Source of the DNA: Puccinia triticina
Taxonomy: Eukaryota
Direction of reading: 5' to 3'
DNA: 64,000 nt
Assembly: GCA_026914245.1 (NCBI GenBank)
Contig: CP110440.1
Coordinates: 3,534,001-3,598,000 of the forward strand
Shown here: positions 12,558-23,943 of the stretch, piece after piece
How the letters are laid out: every line of letters starts with the position of its first letter
Position numbering within the stretch: position 1 is the stretch's first letter
Position numbers and translations under genes: made by a program
The notes under the pieces: generated by a model
The model's input: the letters and a program-made list of their open reading frames with translations, nothing else
Told to the model about the DNA's origin: nothing
Databases searched by the model: none

Positions 12558-15497
12558 TTAGCAGTTTAACATTAACGGGACCAACAGGCGCCCGCCAAAA
12601 AAAAATTTGACAGCATTCCTCCCTCCTTGCCATCAAAAAAGCTACAGGTACCGACTGTCCTCAATTGCTTGGCTCCTTGAGCAATTGGCGCCAAGCAGGA
12701 GCCAAGCAATGACCTTCAATGGTCTACAGGCCGTGTGCTTTTATACTGTGGCCCCGATCCTCATCTCATCATTGCTTTTTTAATTTTCCCCCTTATTTTT
12801 GGTTGTGAAGCCTTCTGGATGAGGAAGTTGCTCCTTGACTTCCGCTTAAGGTAAGACCCTCAGCCCGCTTCTCTCTCTATATTCACCGCTATTGGTCCTT
12901 GCTTCATTTGTTGTTGTGCCGACCTCAGCACCTTCTGTACTTACATGCCGCTCTTGGCCGTATCCCTATCTGCTGCAAATCACCAATTCCCTCCTATATT
13001 GCCAATTCCGGGATACTGAGACCGTGTCCCGGGATATCAAGTTCCTCTGTGTCTTGCCATTTTGAGGACGGCTGCGAAACCCGGGAAGATGAGACTGTGT
13101 TTATGGTCCCTTAATCATGAGGAGTGTAATAATTTTCCTTTTCCCCTCTTGTCGCTAGCGGCCCACATTGACTGGAAATCTGCTCAAGATTTGACTTATC
13201 GGGGAAATCTGCCCAAGATTTGACTTATCAAGAGTTCCCCACTTATTTCTACTGGGAAAATAATGAATGGAAGGCCCGGGTCCAAGCTTCTGAAGCTGTT
13301 GGGAGATTGCACTTTATCTCTATCCACCAAGGGGAGCGGTATTACATACGCCTCCTCCTCTTGCATAAACGCGGTGTCTTGTCATTCCATGATCTCCAAA
13401 CGGTTGATGGAATAGTCTACGGTACTTTTTGTGAAGCGGTGGATGCAATGGGACTTTTGGTTAATGACAATCAATACAATGCGGCATTGGCGGAGGCTGC
13501 CCTTTTTAAGACTGGTTGGGAGCTCCGGTTATTATTTGCAATAATATTGGTCTACAGCCCGCCTGCGTCTCCACAAAAACTGTTCAAAGACCACTTCAAG
13601 AACCTGGGTGATGATGTTGTACTGAAACTCGCCACCCGCTATGGCGCAACAAACCCCACCAAAGAGGAAATCCGAGGCCCGACTTTGTGGCTTATGAGTC
13701 AAACACTGGCGGAAATGAATGATTGTTTTCAGTTGGTGGGCTTGAAGCTTTCGCAAAAGGATCAATTTTTGATGGAAATGTTTGATGGGCCGCGGGATAT
13801 TATCGACTTCGGCGCGGTTGGTGCTTGCTTGGAGAAAAATGAATTGATTTTCACGGCGGAACAGCGACTCTTCTTCAATAATGTGATTTATGCGGTTAAT
13901 AACCAACTACCTGAACTGTTCTCCCTTGATGGGCCTGGCGGAACTGGGAAGACCTTCCTCCTAAACAGCTTGATCAACGGGATGACAATCAATTGTAAGA
14001 AATGTGTAGTTGTCGCATTGACAGGGGTAGCAGCGCTCCTACTCAACGGAGGTCAGACTGCTCACTCTGCTTTCAAACTCCCATTGACAGTCAATGATGA
14101 GACCTTATGCAACATTGATGCTTCAACAAGATACAGTCGGGATTTAATCGCAGCCGACGTGATTTTCTGGGACAAGATTGTGACAATGCACCTCCAAGCT
14201 ATCCAAGCAGTGAATAAATCTCTTCAAATAGTGACTAATAATGAGCAGCCGTTTGGAGGAAAGTGTGTTGTGTTTTCAGGAGACTTTTGTCAAACTCTTC
14301 CCGTCGTTGGAATGGAGGAGTGTCCTCCGTCATGCCACGCAACTCTAAAGTCTCCATACCTATGGGCAGCAGTCAAGAAGCACGCTTTGACTCTTAAAAT
14401 GAGATTGAGGCAGAGCAAAGACTCTGACGGGACTACCGCTTGATTCGGCCAAGAGCTACTCGATCTCGGCAAAGGGAAACTTCAAATTGCATCAAACAAG
14501 AAGGTTCAATTGGGAACGGTCAACGTGAACTTAGCAATCTCTCCAGATGACCTGATCCAAAAGTTGGTTGGATATCTGTACAGAGGGATCAAAACTGAAT
14601 GCTGCAGAACCCAGAACAGTTACATGGAATATTTAAGTTCACGGTGCATCTTGGCTCCGCTTAATGTTAATACGTGGTCTCTTAGTTGCGCTGTTATGGA
14701 AAAGATGAATGTAGAGGTGTCGACGTCATTTTCAGTGGATAGACCGGACAATGAAGCCTTGGACTCCCTGCTAGAAGAAAGTCTAAATAAACTGGATTTC
14801 CCTGGCTTTCCTGAACACCGCTTATCCTTAGCAATTGGAATGCCTGTAATATATTCCGCAAGGCTTGTGCAATGGCACTTGAATGATGGTGACGCGCTTG
14901 ACAAAGTGGACAATGGGTGCAAAGATTTTGACAGGGTCTCACAAAGGAAAAGAAGTTACATTAACAAAGATAACACTGCAATACAAGGGGGAGGCCCAGG
15001 CTAAGATTTCTTTCTATCACAATCAGTTCCCCATAGTAGCATGTTTCTCAATGACTATTAATAAGAGCCAGGGCCAAACATTGATTAATGTAGTACTTTT
15101 ATTGAAGTCTCATGTTTTTGCCCATGGTCAATTGTATGTAGCCTTGTTACGAGTGACTTCTCCTGATAAATTGGCTATTTTCCAAATTGGAACATCAAAA
15201 GATATCCTCAATGTAGTTAATAGATATGTCTTAAATTGTATCTTTATTGTGAATAATTAAATGTTTCTCTCAATTGTGTTCTGCGACTTTGGAATTGAGG
15301 TACCATCCACCTTTTTAGTGTGGCATCACTAAGTAGTGGACCAGGCTTCACCAGGGGTCATGAAGCCGCGACTTGGTTAAACTTTTCAAGAACTGTTCCC
15401 GTAATGATATGTGATTATGTCGGAACTTTTTACATGACTTCTGCAGTTGACATGGAATTAATGGTCACAGGGCGGCAAAGCCGCCCTTAAACCCTAG
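12558..15497 (+). mobile_element. Helitron (internally deleted, defective)
   Basis: The 3' end has the hairpin AGGGCGGC-AAA-GCCGCCCT followed by CTAG (15494-15497). Insertion is at A|T with no TSD; the empty site is visible in the duplicated flank. The 5' end reads TT rather than the canonical TC. Confidence 0.9.
13220..15260 (+). pseudogene. Helitron RepHel, C-terminal Pif1-family helicase part
   Basis: Motifs GERYYIRLLL, LDGPGGTGKTFL, GVAALLLNGGQTAHSAFKLP, PFGGKCVVFSGDFCQTLPV, FSMTINKSQGQT and HGQLYVALLRV. Stop at 14441 and a frameshift near 14850. No HUH Rep domain seen. Confidence 0.92.
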
Positions 15498-16472
15498 TTT
15501 ACATTACACAGCGCACACTCATTGTGAGTCAGCGAGCTGAAGAGCACCCTGATGCGAAGCATCTCCCATTCCCAATGGGAGGCTTATGAGTTATTGGCTT
15601 TTTTCCGCGTGAGAGCTTCAGGAAATTTGTGGCTTTTGGCCGACTTTTTGAATCAAATTTGCATTACACAGCGCGCACTCATTGTGAGTCAGCAAGCTGA
15701 AGTACACGGGATAGCTGAGCATCTCAGCTTCAATGTAGTGTGACTTTTGTGATATCTACACTTGAAGGAGAGTGTTGCCCTTGCTCAGCAGTCAAGGTGG
15801 ATGGACGATGGAGCTCTGTATTTAAGTTGAGTCCAAATGGATCTTCTCGGAATTTGCACACACACTTCTGGCCAAACAAAAAAAAAAATCACAAACTTCA
15901 AAGGGGGATGGAAGGAGTTTGTGGAGGGGGAAAAAGCGGTGATTGGCACCAAAAGAAAGAGAAAAATCTGGCACCACAGGCGATAGGAACACACAAGGAG
16001 AAGACCCCTGAAAGGGGAGCGGGAAAAAACTCCCACCAAAACCCTGAAAGCTCTCAAGCCAAATTCTTGGCTTTGCCTGCAAGTCCCTCCTTCGGAGGTC
16101 GCGCTTTGCGCCAGCCCAGGCTGTACCAGGGCCCTCTGAAGCGAGGGACTTGTGATAAGTCAGGGTTCTGAGCGCTTCGGAGTGCAAGAGGCGTGCTTTG
16201 GCTGTCTCGGGGCTGGGGACCGGGGTAGTCTGCCGGTGTTTGTGTGATGCAGCTCGGAATGCGCACGTCGCTGGAAGGACTTGAAGGAAGAAACACTCAG
16301 AAAATGCCATGTGTTTGCAAGTCCTCGGGTAGTTAGCAGGGTGTAAATCCACAGCCAAGTTAGGGTTTCTTGATACGGTAATACATAGCACAGCCGATTC
16401 CCCGCGTTCAGGGGACGAAGCCCAACCCTCTGCCCGCACCTCGAAGTACGAGCGAGCAGCAACCAACGAGCG

Positions 16473-18273
16473 ATGAAGAAGACGGCGCGCGGGGCGACGG
16501 TAGAGCAAGCGGTGTATGCGATCGAGCGGGCGATGTTACCGAGCGAGGGGGGGGCGGTGAGTGCGCCGGGGCCGGCGACGATCGAGGCGAGTGTGCACAC
16601 GGGGCTGATCACGACGGTGCATCGCCGGCTGGTGCCTGCGGAGAGCTACGGGGCGGACACGGAGTACCACCATGTGCCCGGGCCGCTGCTCGTGTTCCCC
16701 GGGCTGGTCGACCCGCACGTGCATCTCAACGAGCCCGGCCGGACGGCCTGGGAGGGCTTCGCGACCGGCACCCTCGTGCGTCCTCTCTCCCCCCGTCTCC
16801 CCCATCCCTCTCGCCGCTCACCCCCCCCCCCCCCCCCACACACACATACAGGCCGCCGCCGCCGGCGGCGTCACCACGCTCGTCGACATGCCCCTCAACG
16901 CCGTCCCGCCCACAACCACCCTGGCCAATCTGCGCGAAAAGGTGCGGGCGGCCGAGGGCCAATGTCTCGTCGATGTGGCCTTCTGGGGCGGCGTGGTCCC
17001 CGGCAACCAGGTCAGCCCCCCCCCCCCCCTCCCCCCCCCCTCCCATCGTTTCTGGGCCCTCACCACTTCGCGCGTCCCTGCGTCTAGGACCACCTCCTGC
17101 CCCTCGTCAACGCCGGCGTCAAGGGCTTCAAGTGCTTCCTCATCGACTCCGGCGTCGCCGAGTTCCCGAGTGTGTCGGAGGCGGACCTGGAGAAAGCGAT
17201 GGCCATCCTCCAGGTCGCTTCCCCCCCTCTCTTTCTGCGCAGCTTACGCAACCGCCTGATCGCTCTGTTTTCCGTTACGACAGGATGCAGGGTCGATGTT
17301 GATGTTCCATGCGGAGCTGGCCAGCGCCGAGCCGCGCGGGGCGGAGGAGCGGGACCCGGACCTGTATGCGAGCTTCCTGGCCTCCAGGGCGCCGCGGCTG
17401 GAGCAGGACGCCGTCGCGCTGGTGATCCGCCTGAACAAGAAGTACCCGGGCCTGCGGACGCACATCGTGCATCTGAGTGCGGCGGAGGCGCTGCCGATGA
17501 TCGAGGAGGCGCGGCGGGATGCCGGGCTTCCGCTGACGACCGAGGTATGCCCGCTCCTCTGTTTGTCGCCCAAAGAAGCGGGGGTGGGTGTTGATGATGA
17601 GGGGAGGAAGCAGACGTGCGTGCACTACTTGACGTTAGCGGCGGAGACGATCCCGGACGGACGGGCGGAGTTCAAGTGTTGTCCGCCGATCCGGGGGGCG
17701 GCGAACCGGGAGCGGCTGTGGATGGGGCTGGCGGCGGGGACGATCGGGATGGTGGTGTCGGACCATTCGCCGTGCCCGGCGGAGCTGAAGGCCGGCGGGA
17801 GCCTGATGGACGCGTGGGGCGGGATCGGCGGGCTCGGGCTCGGCCTGAGCCTGCTCTGGACCGAGGGCCGCGCCCGGGCCCTGCCCCAGCTCGAGGGCCG
17901 GCTCCTCCAGTGGCTCTGCGAACACCCCGCCGCCTTCGCGCGCCTGGACGACCGCAAGGGCTTCCTCGCGCCCGGGTTCCAGTGCGACCTCTGCGTCTTC
18001 GATCCCAGCCGTGCCTTCCAAGTTGTGTCCTCCCTTAGCTCCCTCCTCATGCCCTCCTATTATACTGACCTCATCCCATCCGACAACGCTCGGAATAAGG
18101 TGACCAAGGAAGACCTCAAGTTCAAGAACAAGATCTCCGCCTACTGCGGGACACAGCTGTCCGGCAGAGTCGTGTCCACCGTCCTGGCCACCCGGCTGAT
18201 CTACGACCTCGACAGTCTTGCGTCTGCGCCCGTCGGCCGCTCGGAAAGGCTGGGGAAGCTGCTGCTGAACTGA
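16473..18273 (+). CDS. DAL1: Allantoinase (amidohydrolase superfamily), about 6 exons
   Basis: Motifs [100 protein letters not shown] and KFKNKISAY. Confidence 0.93.
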
Positions 18274-19168
18274 CGGTTCTTTCCACCTGATCCTCTAACC
18301 GCCCTATGAATATGATGTTCTCCGTTATGTTTTGAATCTCGTGTATGTCTTAACTTGTGAGTGGTTTATGGGAGACAATAGCTGCCTTCGGTAGTCCTTG
18401 AATGGACTCCATTGGTCCGCAAGGTGGCTCTTGCAGTGCTGCAGTGCTACAGACGGAGGGGGTCTGTCCGTAGTCCAGCAGCCTGCTCTGGGTGTCATCT
18501 CTCGAATTGTGCTAGCAGATGTGTCTCTAGCGGGCAGAATTCGCTCAGGCCATGTGGTGGGTCACTGGGAATGAATGGACGGCTTGGGGCCGCGATCTCC
18601 GCTTGTTTGGCCTCCGGGATGCAGGCTGGCTTGGCACTGCAGGGTCTCCCTTTTGTCCGGCCGCGGAGACTGGCTGTGGTGGGTGGCAACGGAGGAGGGC
18701 TGGGTGGCTGTTGGAGCGCCGGCTGGCGGGCGAGGCGGCTGCAGCTCCCCGGCAACGGGCGGCCTGTATCGAGCTGGCAACCGTCTTCGCTGGCTGGCTG
18801 AAAGGAGGAGCCCTTTGAGCGCTTCCCACGCCCGAGCCAGCCTTTGATCATCCCCTGCCCCTTCTCCGCACGCCCCCAGCTGCTCGAGCCTGCGCCCCTT
18901 CACTCCTGCCCACGCACACACTCCTCCCGCCAAGAAAGACCCACACAGCCAGCCAGCCCACACTCTTAAGGCCACCCCCCACCCCAGCCTCACTCCCCCC
19001 AGACACACACTCAAGCCCACCCCGACGATTCCCAGCTGCCTCTGAACCCCTTCCGCTCCTTGCCCACCCCACACCCCCCACACACACACGTCTCCAGAGT
19101 GTGAGTCCCCCCCCCCCCCCCGCTGCAGTCCCCCGCGGCCGTCGCTGACTGCGGTTTTCTCCTTGCAG

Positions 19169-20741
19169 ATGGCAGCAGCCGTGGCGCTCCCCAGCTCCGC
19201 CACCGCCGGCCCCGCCAACCCCGCCCCCTCCTCGACCGCCCCCGCGCCGGCCGGCCAGAAAGCCGCCCCCGCCTCGCGCACCCCTGCCGAGCCCCGGAGG
19301 GTCCGCTTCAACGTCGGCTCAAAGTACGCCCCCCCTTCCCCCATCCTCCCCGCTCTCCCATGTGTGCTGACCAGTGATGGTGGCAGATACCACGTCATGG
19401 ACGTCATCGGCGAGGGCGCCTACGGCGTCGTCTGCTCCGCCGTCCATCGGCCCACCGGCCAAAAAGTCGCCATCAAGAAGGTCCGTCTTCCCCCTGTCCA
19501 CTCCACCCACCCCCTGCTCACCCAGCCCCCCCCCCCCCCCGCAGATCACCCCGTTCGATCACTCCATGTTCTGTCTGCGCACGCTCCGCGAACTCAAACT
19601 GCTCAAATACTTCCAGGAACAAAATGTATCCGAAAACGTGCGCCAATCTCTCCCGTCCCCCCCTTGGCACCGGGCTGACCACATCGGCCGCATGTAGATC
19701 ATCTCGATCGTCGACATCATCCGTCCGCCCACCATCGAGGCCTTCAAGGAGGTATACTTGATCCAGGCAAGTCTTTCCCCCCGCTGCGCTGGGCACCAAG
19801 CCGACGAGCACCACTGACGGACGCCGGGCCATGGATACAGGAGTTGATGGAGACGGACATGCACCGGGTGATCCGGACGCAGGACCTCTCGGACGACCAT
19901 TGCCAGTACTTCATCTACCAGACCCTGCGCGCGCTCAAGGCGCTCCACTCCGCCGACGTCATCCATCGCGACCTCAAGCCGTCCAACCTGCTCCTGAACG
20001 CTAACTGCGACCTCAAGGTGTGCGACTTCGGCCTCGCACGCTCCGTCCGCACCGCCGAGCAGGAGACCGGCTTCATGACCGAATACGTCGCCACCCGCTG
20101 GTACCGCGCCCCCGAAATCATGCTCACGTACGTCTTGTTCCCCGCCGAGTGCGCACATCAAGCAGCAGCTGACCCCCTGCTACGTGGCCCCAGGTTCAAG
20201 CAGTACACCAAGGCCATCGACGTCTGGTCCGTCGGCTGCATCCTCGCCGAGATGCTCTCGGGCCGGCCGCTGTTCCCGGGGCGCGACTACCACCACCAGC
20301 TGACGCTGATCCTGGACGTGTTGGGGACGCCGACGCTGGACGAGTTCTATGCGATCAACTCGCGCCGGTCGCGGGACTACATCCGGGCGCTCCCGTTCCG
20401 CAAGAAGCGCGCCTTCGCCGCCTTGTACCCCAATGCGTCCCCGCTCGCCATCGACTTCCTCGCCAAGACGCTCACCTTCGACCCCAAGAAACGCCTCGAC
20501 GTCCAGCAGGCCCTCCAGCACCCCTACCTCGAGGCCTACCACGACCCCGACGACGAGCCCGTCGCACCCCCCCTCGACGAGGACTTCTTCGCCTTCGACC
20601 GCCAGAAGGACGAGATCAGTAAGGAGGAGCTCAAGCAGCTCCTCTTCGACGAGATCGCCAGTAAGCCTTCCCTTCCCTTCCCCCCTCTATATGAGTACTC
20701 ACCCACACCTTGTTCCTCCAGGCTTCCATTCCACCGCCTAG
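19169..20741 (+). CDS. PMK1: Fus3/Kss1-type (Pmk1/Kpp2-like) MAP kinase, 7 coding exons
   Basis: Motifs IGEGAYGVVCSA, ITPFDHSMFCLRTLRELKLL, HRDLKPSNLLLNANCDLKVCDFGLAR, MTEYVATRWYRAPE (TEY), GRDYHHQLTLIL and HPYLEAYHDPDDEP. A probable 5'UTR intron ends at 19168. Confidence 0.95.
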
Positions 20742-21322
20742 AGACCCCCTCTTGCGCCATCTACCTTCACACCTGCTTGGTCCACCCCTGCTTGGCCTAC
20801 ACCCCTCGTTTCATTGCCCACACCTAACCACAAAAAAGCCCAAAAAAATCACCATCCACTTACTAATAATCCGCCCAAAATCGCCTCTTGCGTTTCTTTT
20901 TGGACCCCCGTTGTGCTCTCTCTCACGCCCGACGCCTGTGTGTTGTACCCTCTTTCTCCCCACGTTTCCGTCTCCCTGTTCGATGTACATATTTATCAGA
21001 GGCCACCAGGACACTCGCACGGGTGGGGCACGGGCCTCATTGGCGTGTCCACAGGGGCCGCGGACTTTCCCTCGCTGCTGCTCTTCTCCCTAACTACTCC
21101 CTGCTTGTACTTTTACGCTTCGCTGTGTATGCTTGCTGCTCTGTTTTTTTGCCAATCAAAGGCCTTGATCCGATAGGACGAGGGTAGATACCATGGCTGT
21201 TGGGCATGCGTGGATGGAGAGCAACGCCGACCCGGCTTCCATTGGTGTGGCCCGGGAGACGATGTCGCACAGTGAGACTTGTGCCAGCCATCGTATCATG
21301 GCCATCAGCGGCACGGGCCACA

Positions 21323-21968
21323 ACACTGCCATCGAGACCGCCGCCAAATCGGGTTTGGTTGGTCCTGATAACACCCAGTACACACCCCTCAGACCACAGC
21401 CCATTGGATACGGCTACAAGCCGTGTCTGGTGTTGACACCTGCGCCAGGTCTCGTGGTGCTGTCTTTCTTTAGCGTCAAACCTGCCGGACTCCGAGTAGC
21501 TCCGAGTGCTTGGTGCGGGCCACCACACTGGCATCGAGACCGCCGCCATGGCGTGATTGGTTTGTCCTGATAACACCCGACACACACCCCTCAGACCACA
21601 CCCCATTGCTGCAAGCCGTGTCGGTGCATGTGGACATACGTGTCTGGAGGCGGGTCGAGACCTGCACCAAGTGTCGTGGCACTATCTTTCTCAAGCGTCA
21701 AACCTGCCGGGCTGTCCCTCTCCGAGTAGTTCTGAGTGCTTGGTACGGGTCGCCACACTGGCATGGAGACCGCCGCCGTGGCATCATTGGTTTATCCTGA
21801 TACCACCCGGCACTCACTCCTCAGACCACAACCCATTGCTACAAGCCGTGTCGGTGCATGTGGACATACGTGTCTGGAGGCGTGTTGAGACCTGCACCAA
21901 GTCTCGTGGCACTATCTTTCTTAAGCGTCAAACCTGCCGGCCTGTACCTCTCCGTGTAGCTCCGAGTC
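21323..21968. repeat. Tandem repeat, about three units of 200-230 bp
   Basis: Units begin cactg(g/c)cat(c/g)gagaccgccgcc at ~21323, ~21525 and ~21755; units 2 and 3 are highly similar. Confidence 0.85.
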
Positions 21969-22343
21969 CTGGGGAGGTTCGCTGCAACATATCTTTGAAA
22001 AAGCCGGCTTGAATGTAACGTTTGACGCTAAAATAGACCCAGATTGCTGGACAATGGGGCAATACAGCGAAATATGGAAAGATTTCTCGGTGTATTCCTC
22101 CAAGCGATTTGGAAACCCGGAAGACAGCGGTGAAACATTCTCGAGAGCCGCTCCAAAACCCTCTCACGAGCGGTATGTTTCCACTTGGGGATGGAGAAGC
22201 CAGCCGTGTGGTGTCCATAAAGAGACCGGCCATCTCGCACCCTGGGGCCCCGTCAGCCAGCGCAGTTCGACACACCAGGCCACGTCCGCTCCACTCTCAC
22301 TAAACACCTCAGATTCAATCGTTTTAATCTTCGCTCAGACGAG

Positions 22344-22854
22344 ATGATGGTCATGGCCAAGAAATCGCTGTTTTACATTGCTGTTCTCCTCGCGGCCAGC
22401 CACCTGTTGCTCTGCGCGCCCATGCTAAAATTGAGTAAGTTAGATCCGTCCGTCTCTCGCGTGGCTGGCTTGCTGATCTTGGCTGCGTTCCTGCAGAAGA
22501 CGGACAATCTGTCAGTCATGACGCGCAGCTGTTGGGAAGCTTCAATCCCCAAGGTAAACAACACTGTTCTGCCCGATAGAAAATTCCAACATCCTACTGA
22601 TTGACTGCTTCTGTGTGAAAGATCAAGTCCTGATGGGACAAGCGAATAGACTTAAAGAGGCAATAGATAAGAGGGGCTACCTCACGTCGGAAGAAGGGTC
22701 CGTGGGGCTACAGCTCAACGAGAGAGTCCAGCAGTTGGCAGCCAACGTTAAAGCACCCAAATTCCAACTCACTGAAACTCAAGAGGCATTGGTGAATGTT
22801 GTGAGAAGTCTGCAGCCGGCTCTCCGACCCTTTCAAGGTTCGAAGTACTACTAG
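22344..22854 (+). CDS. Small secreted protein (~127 aa), candidate effector; exons 22344-22434, 22497-22553, 22622-22854
   Basis: Signal peptide MAKKSLFYIAVLLAASHLLLCA. Two GT-AG introns keep the frame open (..MLKLKDGQSVSHDAQLLGSFNPQDQVLMGQANRL..SKYY*). Confidence 0.75.
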
Positions 22855-23943
22855 AGTTGTGTAGACATCTGCAGCCATGTTTAGAATCCTTGTGAATCCG
22901 GACACCTTCCGCGACTTTCCAGTTCCTGCTCTGTTCTAGCTATAGCCCTTGAATGACTCCCAGATATCCACATAGAACGCTGTGCCGAGAAAAGATTGCT
23001 AGATTTTTCACCGTCTTCCGGGCTCCCCTTTGCTTCCATTGCTGTCACTCTTTTCGCTCCAGATCGCCCATTCAACCCGCCTGCACCCTCGCCCTCTCTG
23101 GTGTAATAGTTTAATTATCCACTGCTTAGATAGAAATATGGCCGTCTGCTTTCTGCACGCATTTCGCGGCATAATTGCACCCTCTGGCAGCATGAGCGCT
23201 TCCCCGCCGGCGCCACGCACCCATAATCTCTGAGCCGTGAGGAGCAGCAGGGAATCGAATTTGGATTCTTGGGGCGCAAAGGCTGAGAAGAACGGCCTTT
23301 CGCTGGAGAAACGTCCCACATCCTACTGAGTGGCTATTTACGCATGGAGCAGCTGGTACAAGTACCTCAGAATCGGCGAGCTGCCAAAACAAAATAGAGC
23401 AAGGCGACGGCTCTAGCAGGCAAAACGCGATCTTCGGCAACTCCGGGAGAAATAAAAAGAAAGGTTTAGGCATGTTTAAGGGGCTGACCTGTTAGAAAAA
23501 ACGGTCAGCATTCAGAATGAAAAATACGAGCGGGGGGGGGGGGGCGTTTCCACTCCACGGCGAATGCGACCGACCACGAACGTGGGGGGGGTGGCCAGCC
23601 TGGGCCAAAAACGGGTGCTTTGAATTTGGCCGGAACGGACTGCGGAGCTTCGAAGAGCGCTCCCGGAGTTGTGGGCAAACCTGAAGCCATGGTTAAACCT
23701 CTTCCAAAAGCAGTCCCGCAGGTGTGGAGAACTCTGCAGTCGTATCTAGTGAAGCCGGGGCCTCCAGGGACTCGCCTGAGGGAGGACACCTTCCTCGGGG
23801 TTTCAGTTGCTGCTACGTTCTAGCTAGCCCTTATGACTTGCAGATATGCCAAAGCTCATCCTTGAAGTTGCGATGCCCCCCGCATTTTCTGGATTGACTA
23901 ATGGGAGGGTCAATTTATCCGTCTTCCACAGATGTTACAGCTA

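Larger units (their letters stand above)
12407..16163. mobile_element. Hairpin-ended non-autonomous DNA element, copy 1 (hosts the Helitron and a 160-bp tandem duplication)
   Basis: Ends are CTGACTTAAC and GATAAGTCAG. GGTTCTGA is duplicated at 12399-12406 and 16164-16171. The terminal hairpins match the copies at 47913 and 57734. Confidence 0.8.

Noticed and set aside
15800..21200. Many overlapping and antisense ORFs in the ORF track
   Set aside because: Expected from high GC and few stop codons; they shadow the real spliced genes and often rely on non-ATG starts.
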